Assembly (NCBI GenBank): GCA_016840135.1
Contig: JAEOSX010000188.1
Location: forward strand, 1 to 62,036
Length of the DNA: 62,036 nucleotides
Origin: Candidatus Hermodarchaeota archaeon
GTDB lineage: Archaea > Asgardarchaeota > Hermodarchaeia > Hermodarchaeales > Hermodarchaeaceae
Direction of reading: 5' to 3'
Part shown: in pieces, positions 54,131-62,036 of the stretch
Numbering within the stretch: position 1 is the first letter of the stretch
How the letters are laid out: each line of letters begins with the position of its first letter
Notes under the pieces: model-generated
What the model saw: only the letters and a program-made list of their open reading frames with translations
What the model was told of the DNA's origin: nothing
Database searches by the model: none
Made by a program: the position numbers and the translations under genes

Positions 54131-54168
54131 AACCCTCTCGTGATGGGAGGGTTTTCTCCTCTTTTTTT
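54131..54168. terminator. bidirectional hairpin terminator candidate between convergent genes
   Basis: AACCCTC (54131..54137) pairs with GAGGGTT (54147..54153), and a T7 run follows at 54162..54168. Confidence 0.45.
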
Positions 54169-54181
54169 CTTTCATTTGTGG

Positions 54182-55261
54182 TTAGGAATCTTTCTGCACT
54201 CTCTGTTGCCGCTCGGTTCCTATCTTGATATAAAGGTCGGTGCCTGTTGCTGGTGGGACTGTCAGTTTACTCTCTTCTTTTTGGTTCATCGTGATTGCTT
54301 CGCTTGGACAAGTGGTCACGCACAATCCGCAGCCTATGCAGCGATCTAAATCAACAACTGCCGTGTCACCTACAGTGATGGCATCCATTTGACAGCGGTC
54401 AAGACAAATCTCGCAGGAAGAACAGGAGTCTGTGTCTACTTGGGCATAGTAGTTACTGGCGACCATTTCGCTAGGTTTGGGGAATTTCTTGAGGTGTTTT
54501 AGGATTTCGCAGCAGCCCCCGCAGCAGCAACAAATGTTGAATGTTTTTTGGGCATTACCTGGTTGCAGCACGAGACCTGCTTCTTCTGCTTTGTCTAGGA
54601 TTTTTAGTGCCTGTTCTTTGGTTATCTCCCGTCCTAGTCCGTTCTCCAAGTAATAGAAAGCCCCGGTGCTGAAGACTAGGCAGGTTTCTAGGGGCTTGCC
54701 GCAGCCTTCGCCTTTTAGCTCAGCACCTTTACGGCATATACATTCAGCAACCACTAGCTTTGATTGCTGTTTGATTAGTTCTCTGACCGAGTCGTATGGT
54801 GCTATTTGCATCTGTTGGTCGAAGCTTTCGTGGACTGGTACTACGCGTAGTTGTGGTGTACTTGCAGAAATTATCTCATCTTTTAGTGCTTCTTCGATGT
54901 ATTGTTCGACGTCCTCGTATAGCTCCCTAGTCAATCGGGTTACTTGGTGTTCGAATATTCCGATGGCGAACCATGCCGCTCTATATGTGGATTTACCGCC
55001 TTTACGGGAAGTGAAGATGAGTCCTTTGCGTCCCATTTGTTCTAGTAGCTTCTCAGCTTCTGCTGGGGTGTGTCCGCTTTTTTGTGCGATTTGTTCCGCG
55101 GTCTCTGCGAAGGGTGTAAGATGACAGGCCATCTCCGCTTCTTCTTCAGTGAAAAGGCGCTGTAGAATCCGTAGTTCTACTCCAGATTCAGTAGCTGGGT
55201 ACCCTACTGGTAGGCTATCGAGGTGTTCTCGTAGTCTTTGGTAAACATCTTTTTCGGTCAT
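54182..55261 (-). CDS. 4Fe-4S dicluster domain protein with an N-terminal wHTH-like domain
   Basis: C-terminal CSSCEICLDRC and CIGCGLCVTTCP ferredoxin motifs plus an additional Cys-rich CCCCGGCC patch. The N-terminal ~100 aa are helical. Confidence 0.6.
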   Translation of the reverse strand: MTEKDVYQRLREHLDSLPVGYPATESGVELRILQRLFTEEEAEMACHLTPFAETAEQIAQKSGHTPAEAEKLLEQMGRKGLIFTSRKGGKSTYRAAWFAIGIFEHQVTRLTRELYEDVEQYIEEALKDEIISASTPQLRVVPVHESFDQQMQIAPYDSVRELIKQQSKLVVAECICRKGAELKGEGCGKPLETCLVFSTGAFYYLENGLGREITKEQALKILDKAEEAGLVLQPGNAQKTFNICCCCGGCCEILKHLKKFPKPSEMVASNYYAQVDTDSCSSCEICLDRCQMDAITVGDTAVVDLDRCIGCGLCVTTCPSEAITMNQKEESKLTVPPATGTDLYIKIGTERQQRVQKDS

Positions 55262-55386
55262 GTCGGATTCCTCTTCGACTTTTTAGTATATTTCCTATGG
55301 GTATACAATATACCAGTACTCAGATTATTAGGTGTTCTTATCATTCATCTACTTGAAATAGCAGATAGAACATGCTGAGTTATTGT

Positions 55387-55974
55387 TTATCCTCTGGCAC
55401 CACAGTTGTTACATGTGTGTTCTCCAGGAGGCATTACTGAACCACAGTTATCACAGAAATTCATTGTATCTTTACCTGGTGGTTGACTAGATTCCTGTTC
55501 TTGGGTTGATTCAGTGTCTGGGGTTTCAATATCTTCGAGAGCTTCAAAGTGATAGAAGTAGATTATTGCTGTGAAGATGGCTCCGATCACATCTGCAATG
55601 ATGTCACGGATGATATTCCAAATATCCCAAGCGAAGAAACCTAACCACGGGAGATACACTTCTATCCCTTCCCATAAGAAGCCAAGAGCGATTGTAATTA
55701 ATATAGCTGGTATGAGAGTTAGAAAGATGAGGGGAACAATTGCGATGTATTTCTTTCTGGACCGACTGATGTTAAAATTCAGGAAAAAGGCACATAGCGC
55801 TGCTCCGGACAGTGCGTGTGGGATCATATCCCAAAGGAGTTCCGGACGATATCCGTCAATACTTGCGACCCAAAACAAAGACACCGCTGCACTTATTATT
55901 AGGACCACGGTGATGAGGAGCCACAGCCAATCAGTTCGAATTATTTTACGTGGGCTCATTAGAGTATTCCTCAC
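55387..55974 (-). CDS. membrane protein (4 TM) with a C-terminal zinc ribbon
   Basis: Hydrophobic helices, an acidic linker, and a C-terminal CDNCG...CNNCG. Confidence 0.5.
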   Translation of the reverse strand: MRNTLMSPRKIIRTDWLWLLITVVLIISAAVSLFWVASIDGYRPELLWDMIPHALSGAALCAFFLNFNISRSRKKYIAIVPLIFLTLIPAILITIALGFLWEGIEVYLPWLGFFAWDIWNIIRDIIADVIGAIFTAIIYFYHFEALEDIETPDTESTQEQESSQPPGKDTMNFCDNCGSVMPPGEHTCNNCGARG

Positions 55975-56011
55975 GGGTTGATATGTGCTACCTTGAAATA
56001 AGCCTTTGCAA

Positions 56012-57778
56012 TTATATGTCGGGGACAGGGATTACGCCTTTGAAGAAGAAACTGTTATTTCTTATGATTTGAAGGTAATCTTCGATTTCTTTTCTAATCT
56101 TGATCTTTGACCAGCCAAGTATTTCACTCAAACGAGCTGCGACTAGTGCTGCAATTTGTCCTTGGAACTCGGGGCGGACAAGCCAACTGATTTCCATCCG
56201 GCGGCAGAGCACATCCTCTAAATGAAGTGGCGCTTCGTGGTGGACAATATAATCAATTTCGCCAATAATCCAAGGACTCACTTCCACAGGATATGCTGGG
56301 TCGTCGAGTATTCGTTTACATAATTTTGGTTCCTGTTTTATTTGTTGAAGAATTACAAAGCCGCCACGACCATATTGCTCATAGAGGTGGTGAAGGATTC
56401 GTGGGTGAAGCTTTGAGCTGGTAACCATAGGTGACTTCCGCCATTCCTCTTTGGATAAAGCAACGGTGTAAGCAATCTTGGTTAGATTCTTTCTGGTGGA
56501 AAACTTTGGTAGACCCACTTCCCTCCATATTTTACGTATATGTTTGAGGAAGAGGTCCTCAGCCATTTTTCGGAAAGTCGTTAGCTTGCCGCCGAGAAGG
56601 CTAAACAGTCCATCATCGCGTTCTAGTACCACGTGTTTACGAGAAACCTCACTTTCTGATTTACCTGGTTCTGAAACAAGGGGACGAAGCCCTGCGTACG
56701 TGCCCTGTAGTTGTTCATCTCCGACTCTTGCATCGGGGAAGAGTGCTGAAACCGTGTTGCGTAGATAATCCGCATCCTCTCGGTCACAAAAACACTCAGT
56801 CGGATTCCCAGAGAAATCCGTGTCGGTCGTGCCTACGACAACCCAATCGTTACGAGGTAAGACGAAAAAGAACCGATTATCATCAATAGAGCGTAAACCA
56901 AATGCACGAGTTACTGGTAGGTCGCTGTGATGGAATGTAATATGGACACCTTTCGTGGGTCTGATCACTCTTGGTTGTTGGTCTTGGCCTAAAGATAGGA
57001 TATCATCTGCCCAAACACCAGTCGTGTTAACTACTACTCTCCCCTTAACTAAGAACCTCTCTTCTTCATGGCTAGCCATATCCATCGCTTGCACTCCATT
57101 AACTCTTCCTGAAGAGCCATGGGAGAGCCCAACGACCCGCAGATAATTCAGTGCTAATGCTTGACCTTTCAGTATTGCTTCCTTGAGGGTTTCTATCACT
57201 AGGCGTCCGTCGTCGATGTTACAATCATAGTAGAGTGCGGCTCCTTTAAGACGCGTAGTTTCAAGCGCAGGCTCCATCTCCTTGATTTTTTCAATATCCT
57301 TGATAATTTGACGCTTTCCGTAATTCTTGAAGCCACACAACAAATCATATAGGAAGGTTGCAAAACGCATCTTACCGAGTCCATCCTTGCTCTTGGGGAG
57401 CTCTCGACCACCAACTCTTCCTGCCCTGAAAGAGGGGATAATGAATTGCTGTGGACGCGTCAAATGTGGGAGCCCTTTATCACGTAACCAATTACGCTCT
57501 GTCGTCGCCTCCCGGACTAACCCGAATTCAAAATGAGCAATATATCTAATGCCACCATGAGCTAGCTTACTAGAAAGACTAGAAGTCCCAGAGGCAAAGT
57601 CACGCGCCTCAAGAACCGCAACACTCAATCCCCGGCTTACAGCCTCTAAGGCAACACCTGCCCCTGTCACACCACCACCAATCACAATAATATCCCAGAG
57701 CTTATCGCGTAACTTTTGAATGGACTGGTCTCGTTGCACCTGACTAAACCAGGCAGTTTCAGTCGTGTCATTATTCAC
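56012..57778 (-). CDS. glpD: FAD-dependent glycerol-3-phosphate dehydrogenase (GlpD/GlpA family)
   Basis: DIIVIGGGVTGAGVALEAVSRGLSVAVLEARDFASGTSSLSSKLAHGGIRY is the family N-terminal signature. The long C-terminal helical domain is also typical. Confidence 0.75.
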   Translation of the reverse strand: MNNDTTETAWFSQVQRDQSIQKLRDKLWDIIVIGGGVTGAGVALEAVSRGLSVAVLEARDFASGTSSLSSKLAHGGIRYIAHFEFGLVREATTERNWLRDKGLPHLTRPQQFIIPSFRAGRVGGRELPKSKDGLGKMRFATFLYDLLCGFKNYGKRQIIKDIEKIKEMEPALETTRLKGAALYYDCNIDDGRLVIETLKEAILKGQALALNYLRVVGLSHGSSGRVNGVQAMDMASHEEERFLVKGRVVVNTTGVWADDILSLGQDQQPRVIRPTKGVHITFHHSDLPVTRAFGLRSIDDNRFFFVLPRNDWVVVGTTDTDFSGNPTECFCDREDADYLRNTVSALFPDARVGDEQLQGTYAGLRPLVSEPGKSESEVSRKHVVLERDDGLFSLLGGKLTTFRKMAEDLFLKHIRKIWREVGLPKFSTRKNLTKIAYTVALSKEEWRKSPMVTSSKLHPRILHHLYEQYGRGGFVILQQIKQEPKLCKRILDDPAYPVEVSPWIIGEIDYIVHHEAPLHLEDVLCRRMEISWLVRPEFQGQIAALVAARLSEILGWSKIKIRKEIEDYLQIIRNNSFFFKGVIPVPDI

Positions 57779-57938
57779 AATTAACGCCTCTAATTTCTAA
57801 ATGAGTGTTTTCGGTTCTTCAGTTTTTGGTAGAGATAAAGAGTACGAAGACCAGAACACTTTTTATAGTGGATATCTGGGAAAGACAAGTAGGTACTCCT
57901 CTACTAGATAAGAGGGTTAATCAAGGGATAGATGGTGA
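57779..57938. promoter_or_regulatory. divergent promoter region (glpD-like / Rab-like GTPase)
   Basis: 160-nt AT-rich spacer with TATA-like ctttttatagtg ~75 nt upstream of the GTPase ATG and aatttctaaatg near the glpD side. Confidence 0.35.
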
Positions 57939-58502
57939 ATGTGTTCTTCAGATGCATTCAGTGAAAAAGAAGCTGCTGAAAGACGGCCTTGGACTCACAT
58001 CGCTAAGGTGACAGTCATTGGAGATGCCGAAGTCGGTAAAACCAGCCTTACAGTGCGTTACGTTGAAGGCTACTTCAATCCTAAATATCTAATGACAATT
58101 GGAACTAACTTTTTTGTAAAGGATATCGAGATGGATGGCAGTGTCTTGAGGTTACAGATTTGGGATACTGCTGGTCAGGAGCGGTTCGGTCCTATCCGGC
58201 GGCTATTTTATCGTGGCGTAAAGGGCGCTATTTTGGTTTATGATCAAACTAATCCCCTCTCTTTTGAACGACTTGGATATTGGGTTGAGGAGGTTAAGCA
58301 GGCTTGTGGGAACATTCCGATTATCCTTGTTGGGAACAAGGCTGACCTTCCTGCAAAGGTACCACCAGAGCGGGGCGAACAGTTTGCTAGAGAATATCGG
58401 ATGCCTTTCATAGAGAGCAGCGCAAAAACTGGTTTGAATGTAGGGCTTGCGTTCGAACGCCTTAGTCAACTAGTCCTCTCCCGAGCCAGCAGTAGTACTT
58501 GA
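57939..58502 (+). CDS. Rab/Ras-like small GTPase
   Basis: G1 GDAEVGKTS, switch I YLMTIGTNF, G3 WDTAGQERF, YRGVKGAILVYD, G4 GNKADL, G5 SSAKTG. No C-terminal Cys. Confidence 0.85.
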   Translation: MCSSDAFSEKEAAERRPWTHIAKVTVIGDAEVGKTSLTVRYVEGYFNPKYLMTIGTNFFVKDIEMDGSVLRLQIWDTAGQERFGPIRRLFYRGVKGAILVYDQTNPLSFERLGYWVEEVKQACGNIPIILVGNKADLPAKVPPERGEQFAREYRMPFIESSAKTGLNVGLAFERLSQLVLSRASSST

Positions 58503-58529
58503 TTTTCCCTATTCTATTCACTGTCTGAG

Positions 58530-58892
58530 CTATACCAGTGGGAGTAGTGAATGGATTGTTAGTAGTATGAGAGCGATAGCCAAGACGATTCCACCTGCTA
58601 GAAGGAATGCTCCCTTGCTCTGTGCTTGCTCTTGCCAACGGGAAGAAGCGTGTCGCCTAGTATCGCGTGTTACCGGAGGATTTGTGCCATAGCGGCGATA
58701 GCTGGCGCCTTGAGTAAAGCTAGTACCCATGAGGGCACCGAAAATCAGCAATATGGCTCCCTCGCAAAAGAGGGCTAAGATGATATTCCAGAGAGTCCAT
58801 CCGCCGAGTAAAAACGGAATGATGAGCAACGCCCCTACTGTAAAGATTGTCAAGAAGACTAATAGCCGCTTGATGAAATATCTCCATCCCAT
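58530..58892 (-). CDS. small membrane protein (3 TM)
   Basis: Hydrophobic segments and an ATG start. No family recognised. Confidence 0.4.
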   Translation of the reverse strand: MGWRYFIKRLLVFLTIFTVGALLIIPFLLGGWTLWNIILALFCEGAILLIFGALMGTSFTQGASYRRYGTNPPVTRDTRRHASSRWQEQAQSKGAFLLAGGIVLAIALILLTIHSLLPLV

Positions 58893-58955
58893 TTCGCTTC
58901 ACTAGAAATAACGTAACACAACCTAATAAATCTGAGTAGGAGAGGCAGGCAGATA

Positions 58956-59579
58956 CTACTCATCTAATAGTGTAATTGACGCTGCTAGTGTGCCTAATCG
59001 CGCTACAACCCAAGAGGATCCGCTCCCAATAAGAAGAACATCCTTTTCTCTAAGGTTAAAGTGCTCAAGTAATGATATTGCTTCCAATCGAGAGACACGA
59101 TGTTCTACGGGCATAACCAATGATTCAGGGTCCGACTCTTGAACCAAAGTAGTAGCTCCACTAGCACCAGCTCGCAAAGCCGCATCTCGCTGACTGACTC
59201 CATCGGTCACTAAGTGGGCTCTATTTCGAAGGTGGCAACCAAAATTATACTGGTCTACTGTGAAAGCACTTTGAGGTAATTTCACTATCTTTACCAGGAC
59301 CTGAGATAGGTCAGTGACGTATTTCTGCCCCTCGATAGATAATTCGTGTCCACGTCGCTTTACTGGATGAATGAAATCTCGCCGGCGCAGGAATTTGACA
59401 AGTGATCGCACACTCCCTCTACCTAATCCCAGCTCATCACCCAGTTGGTACCGCCCTATTGGGTTTCTAGCTTCACTGAACAAAAGGAGTGCTGCTAGCA
59501 GATGCCAAGATTTGAATTGTGTTGGTGGTCCTGGTCGACTATCTACATCCAGGGTTGATATCAGTTTCAGTGGAAACAT
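58956..59579 (-). CDS. predicted wHTH-containing protein (putative regulator)
   Basis: WHLLAALLLFSEARNPIGRYQLGDELGLGRGSVRSLVKFLRRRDFI looks like a MarR/wHTH fold. The C-terminal ~110 aa are unassigned. Confidence 0.4.
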   Translation of the reverse strand: MFPLKLISTLDVDSRPGPPTQFKSWHLLAALLLFSEARNPIGRYQLGDELGLGRGSVRSLVKFLRRRDFIHPVKRRGHELSIEGQKYVTDLSQVLVKIVKLPQSAFTVDQYNFGCHLRNRAHLVTDGVSQRDAALRAGASGATTLVQESDPESLVMPVEHRVSRLEAISLLEHFNLREKDVLLIGSGSSWVVARLGTLAASITLLDE

Positions 59580-59629
59580 CCTCCCAGTTAATTCCTTACT
59601 CTCTTATGGTTACTCTTAGTTTTTGCTGT

Positions 59630-60205
59630 TTAAATGAGGTTGTGGGTTCTTAGGTGATGTCCGACTAACTTGGAAATTCTTGGTGTCAATAAACCGAATA
59701 GTATCCCATTGCATATTACGTGAACTAGTGTGAAAGGAATTAAGCCTAGTAGGAGCACGCTGGAAGACACCGCCCAAGCGATACCTGAAGCAAATGTGGT
59801 GACAAGGTCGTAGAACAAGGTCAAGACTACACCAATTATGCCTGATCCTAGAAACCACTTCGATTCAGTTGTTTCTGTATATTGTACGTTTTTCCCTGTA
59901 ATACCTCCCACAACACCGATAAGAACTGTACATCCAATTACAGCTACACCGATTGGTGGAATAGAGGGTCCCCAGGGATTCCATACCTGATAGATGGTCA
60001 TTGATATTAAACCGGTCAGAGCACCAGTTGTTAAGCCGAAAAGAAAACCGCTTAGAAACACCATCACTGAGGAAACTTCTACATTGGGAACTCCGGCTAG
60101 TGCATAATTTCCGCCAACTGCAACAGCGGCAAAAACGGCAGGTAGTGCAATAGCTGTTGTATTGTTTCGCTGTACTGGGTGTGTTCCGTTTCCAGTGACT
60201 GTCAA
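59630..60205 (-). CDS. polytopic membrane protein, S-component-like
   Basis: Five or six TM helices. The motif FGLTTGALTG is similar to FGLITGALVG in the 28358..28978 protein. Confidence 0.4.
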   Translation of the reverse strand: MTVTGNGTHPVQRNNTTAIALPAVFAAVAVGGNYALAGVPNVEVSSVMVFLSGFLFGLTTGALTGLISMTIYQVWNPWGPSIPPIGVAVIGCTVLIGVVGGITGKNVQYTETTESKWFLGSGIIGVVLTLFYDLVTTFASGIAWAVSSSVLLLGLIPFTLVHVICNGILFGLLTPRISKLVGHHLRTHNLI

Positions 60206-60219
60206 AAGTCTCTAGTCCT

Positions 60220-60921
60220 TTATTTTCGTCGGCGAACGATTATAATCACGACGAGTCCGATAATAACGATTCCTGTCAAAACGATGAGTGTTAGAGGTGT
60301 CAAGAATAGTGACGCTTGTACGAGTTGTAGTCCTAGATGGTAATCCGATGCAAGGAAGAACTCAGAGTAAGCAGCTTGTAAGATGCCTGTGTTCATATCG
60401 TAGACAAGTGTAGTGTTCTGGTTACCAAAGCTACCTTGATGGTAGATGTAGGTCTTTGTGGTAGCAGAAGTTCGAATCTCTATATCGCCTTCCATCCATC
60501 CTGTTGCTGAATCGCTAGCGGCTTGGTCTACTGCTACCCAGTCTAGGTGAGAAACAAGACCCGTAAACCAGGGCCAAATACTGAACATTAATTCCCCCGC
60601 GATTCGGGAATCGTTAGTGGGAAGTGTCATGTTACCTATAGTGAATAATCCGTGTATCTCGTCGTCACGAATCTCATGAACCTCAAAGATAACTAACTGC
60701 CCGGGTTGAGCCTGCCAGAAGAGATCACCACCCCATCCCCACCCCACTGCCTGTTCTGTGACATTAGTTATAGTCCATTTCAGAACTGGTGTAACGACGG
60801 GGGAAGGAGTCACACTGACTGAATATTGTGTTGTATTCTGAGCAGAGACTTGCAGTACATTGCCTCCTAGAAGTAGGAGTAACGCACAACAGCTCAAAAT
60901 AATAAATGGTCTTGATTGCAT
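60220..60921 (-). CDS. secreted/anchored protein (signal peptide + C-terminal TM + RRRK)
   Basis: The ATG at 60921 gives MQSRPFIILSCCALLLLLGGNVLQVSAQ. The protein is sequon-rich and beta-rich. The longer ORF-track start would overlap the upstream gene. Confidence 0.45.
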   Translation of the reverse strand: MQSRPFIILSCCALLLLLGGNVLQVSAQNTTQYSVSVTPSPVVTPVLKWTITNVTEQAVGWGWGGDLFWQAQPGQLVIFEVHEIRDDEIHGLFTIGNMTLPTNDSRIAGELMFSIWPWFTGLVSHLDWVAVDQAASDSATGWMEGDIEIRTSATTKTYIYHQGSFGNQNTTLVYDMNTGILQAAYSEFFLASDYHLGLQLVQASLFLTPLTLIVLTGIVIIGLVVIIIVRRRK

Positions 60922-60929
60922 CTGTTCTT

Positions 60930-61445
60930 TCACCTTAATCTTCGATTGACAAGAAGAGCTATACCAATTATCAGTCCCGCGAAACAAGCAATTAGGATTA
61001 ATCCAATCCACAAGTCAGAGATATTTGATGGGGAACCAGTGGAAGCGTTTTCTGGAGAACAGTACTTCCAGAGAATTCTATCACCATCAGTAAGTTCATA
61101 GAAATCTGTTGCTATTGGAGCTAGTTCGCCGTTAACCCAGAACTGCCAATACCGCCCATTGCCTTCAGCGTTATTAGCGACTTCATTGATTGCGGTGACA
61201 AATCTACCGAAGATGTGTTCAACATAGACTACGCTTGCAGATTGGTCGAGTGCATCGAAGGCGGTTAGACCCGAAAGTCCGGTGAAGACTTGCTGTGTAG
61301 AATTTCCATAGTCAATGATTAGCTCGATGTTTACAGCAGTCCTTTCTTTAGAAATAGTTGATGATGAATGGGCTGTGGTTGGGCTCTGGACAAGTAGGAT
61401 GCTAGAGATGAAAGCAATAGTAATCAATACTGCGATTCTGCGCAA
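60930..61445 (-). CDS. DUF4430-domain protein (transcobalamin-like fold), signal peptide + C-terminal TM anchor
   Basis: IDYGNSTQQVFTG...TAFDALDQ...YWQFWVNGELAPIATDFYELTDGDRILWKY matches the DUF4430 pattern. Confidence 0.6.
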   Translation of the reverse strand: MRRIAVLITIAFISSILLVQSPTTAHSSSTISKERTAVNIELIIDYGNSTQQVFTGLSGLTAFDALDQSASVVYVEHIFGRFVTAINEVANNAEGNGRYWQFWVNGELAPIATDFYELTDGDRILWKYCSPENASTGSPSNISDLWIGLILIACFAGLIIGIALLVNRRLR

Positions 61446-61535
61446 AGGGCTAGCTTCCTGTCAATTGAGTGTAGGATAAGATATCCTACGTTTATTAAAA
61501 TGTTCTTCTCTATCCATTCGATTACCATCACTAAC

Positions 61536-62036
61536 TCAGTTCGCTAAACGGTCTTTCACAAATCTGGATAGTTCATCAATTCTTACCTGCGTTTCCTCGC
61601 CTGAAGCCATATCACGAACATTAACGGCCTTGTTAGCAAGTTCACGGGGCCCAACAATTGCCACAAAAGGGATTTTTTGTTTACCTGCAGCGTCTAAGTG
61701 TTTGGATAACGACCAGGGAAATCCATTGAAGAGAGTAGGTATTCCTTTTTGACGTAAACACGTCGCTAGCTTGCGACATTTTGACATCTGTTTCGTAGAA
61801 ACAGGTGCGAGATAGATTGAGGCTGGGGGCTTTATTGGAGGAAGAATCCTCTTCTCCTCTGCGAGGGCTAGAATGACTGTTTCACCGAAACCAAAGCCAG
61901 TTCCAGGAAGCCTCTGTCCTCCAAAAATATCAACTAGATCATCGTACCGACCACCACCAGCGATGGCGCGCGGTATGTTTGCACTTTTGTCCCAAGCTTC
62001 AAAAACTATTCCTGTGTAGTAGTCTAGCCCACGGGC
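61536..62036 (-). CDS. hisS: histidyl-tRNA synthetase, C-terminal part (5' end beyond the window)
   Basis: The frame is open to the window edge: ARGLDYYTGIVFEA...AGGGRYDDL...GTGFGFG (class II motif 3 region), followed by the anticodon-binding domain VAIVGPRELANKAVNVRDM. Confidence 0.9.
   Translation of the reverse strand, partial: ARGLDYYTGIVFEAWDKSANIPRAIAGGGRYDDLVDIFGGQRLPGTGFGFGETVILALAEEKRILPPIKPPASIYLAPVSTKQMSKCRKLATCLRQKGIPTLFNGFPWSLSKHLDAAGKQKIPFVAIVGPRELANKAVNVRDMASGEETQVRIDELSRFVKDRLAN

Noticed and set aside
54666-55124. 152-aa ORF antisense to the 4Fe-4S protein gene. The same applies to 5760..6218, 12938..13375, 45760..46110 and 55571..55981, which are antisense to purQ/purL, purD, the HAD-kinase gene and the ZnR membrane protein.
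   Set aside because: In each case the opposite strand encodes a protein with recognisable motifs or clean TM topology, while these ORFs show Ser/Cys/Arg-rich shadow-frame composition.
1-62036. Search for CRISPR arrays, IS elements, integrases, toxin-antitoxin pairs, defence islands or rRNA genes.
   Set aside because: I found no regularly spaced direct repeats, no transposase-, integrase- or nuclease-like ORFs, and no rRNA-like segments. The only exact tandem repeat found is the coding 21-nt duplication in the thermosome tail.

Overview
This window is a densely coding chromosomal fragment from an archaeon. I saw no rRNA, CRISPR array, transposase, integrase or prophage signature. All protein calls rest on motifs read from the ORF translations, since no database search was possible.

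The archaeal assignment rests on uS10, a uL3-uL4-uL23-uL2 block, TFB, a thermosome, RtcB plus archease, an intron-containing tRNA-Ser, GGGP synthase, PurP and a partial HisRS. Several features suggest an Asgard-type lineage, but this is inference only: a Rab/Ras-like small GTPase (WDTAGQERF), a second COG2229-type GTPase, a Roadblock/LC7 protein, a MetAP2 with an acidic N-terminal tail, a MoaD-like Ubl, and folate-dependent C1 enzymes (FolD, PurN, 5-formyl-THF cyclo-ligase, glycine dehydrogenase P subunits).

Main blocks:
1. 0.5-17.2 kb: a nearly complete de novo purine pathway in two divergent, tightly packed operons. It includes two gene fusions (PurS-PurS-PurL and PurE-PurM), tandem PurP paralogs, embedded folate-recycling genes and a wHTH-phosphoribosyltransferase regulator candidate.
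2. 19.1-22.2 kb: a co-directional array of tRNA-Ser(intron), archease, RtcB and a SPOUT methyltransferase.
3. 22.4-25.2 kb: a ribosomal protein cluster that ends after uL2.
4. 25.3-31.4 kb: gcvPB/gcvPA, a thermosome subunit and a PTPS/QueD-family gene.
5. 31.4-40.0 kb: a five-gene membrane-associated module made of MoxR AAA+, DUF58, a DUF4350-like protein, a giant transglutaminase-like surface protein and a polytopic membrane protein. The transglutaminase catalytic Cys and Asp are replaced. This is my best candidate for an uncharacterised system.
6. 43.5-49.0 kb: a neighbourhood with the Ubl, GGGPS, a GTPase-wHTH fusion, a HAD-polyprenol-kinase fusion, a double zinc-ribbon coiled-coil protein, an orphan and Roadblock.
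7. 49-58.5 kb: housekeeping and lipid or redox genes, plus the Rab-like GTPase.
8. 59.6-61.4 kb: a DUF4430/S-component-like putative uptake cluster.
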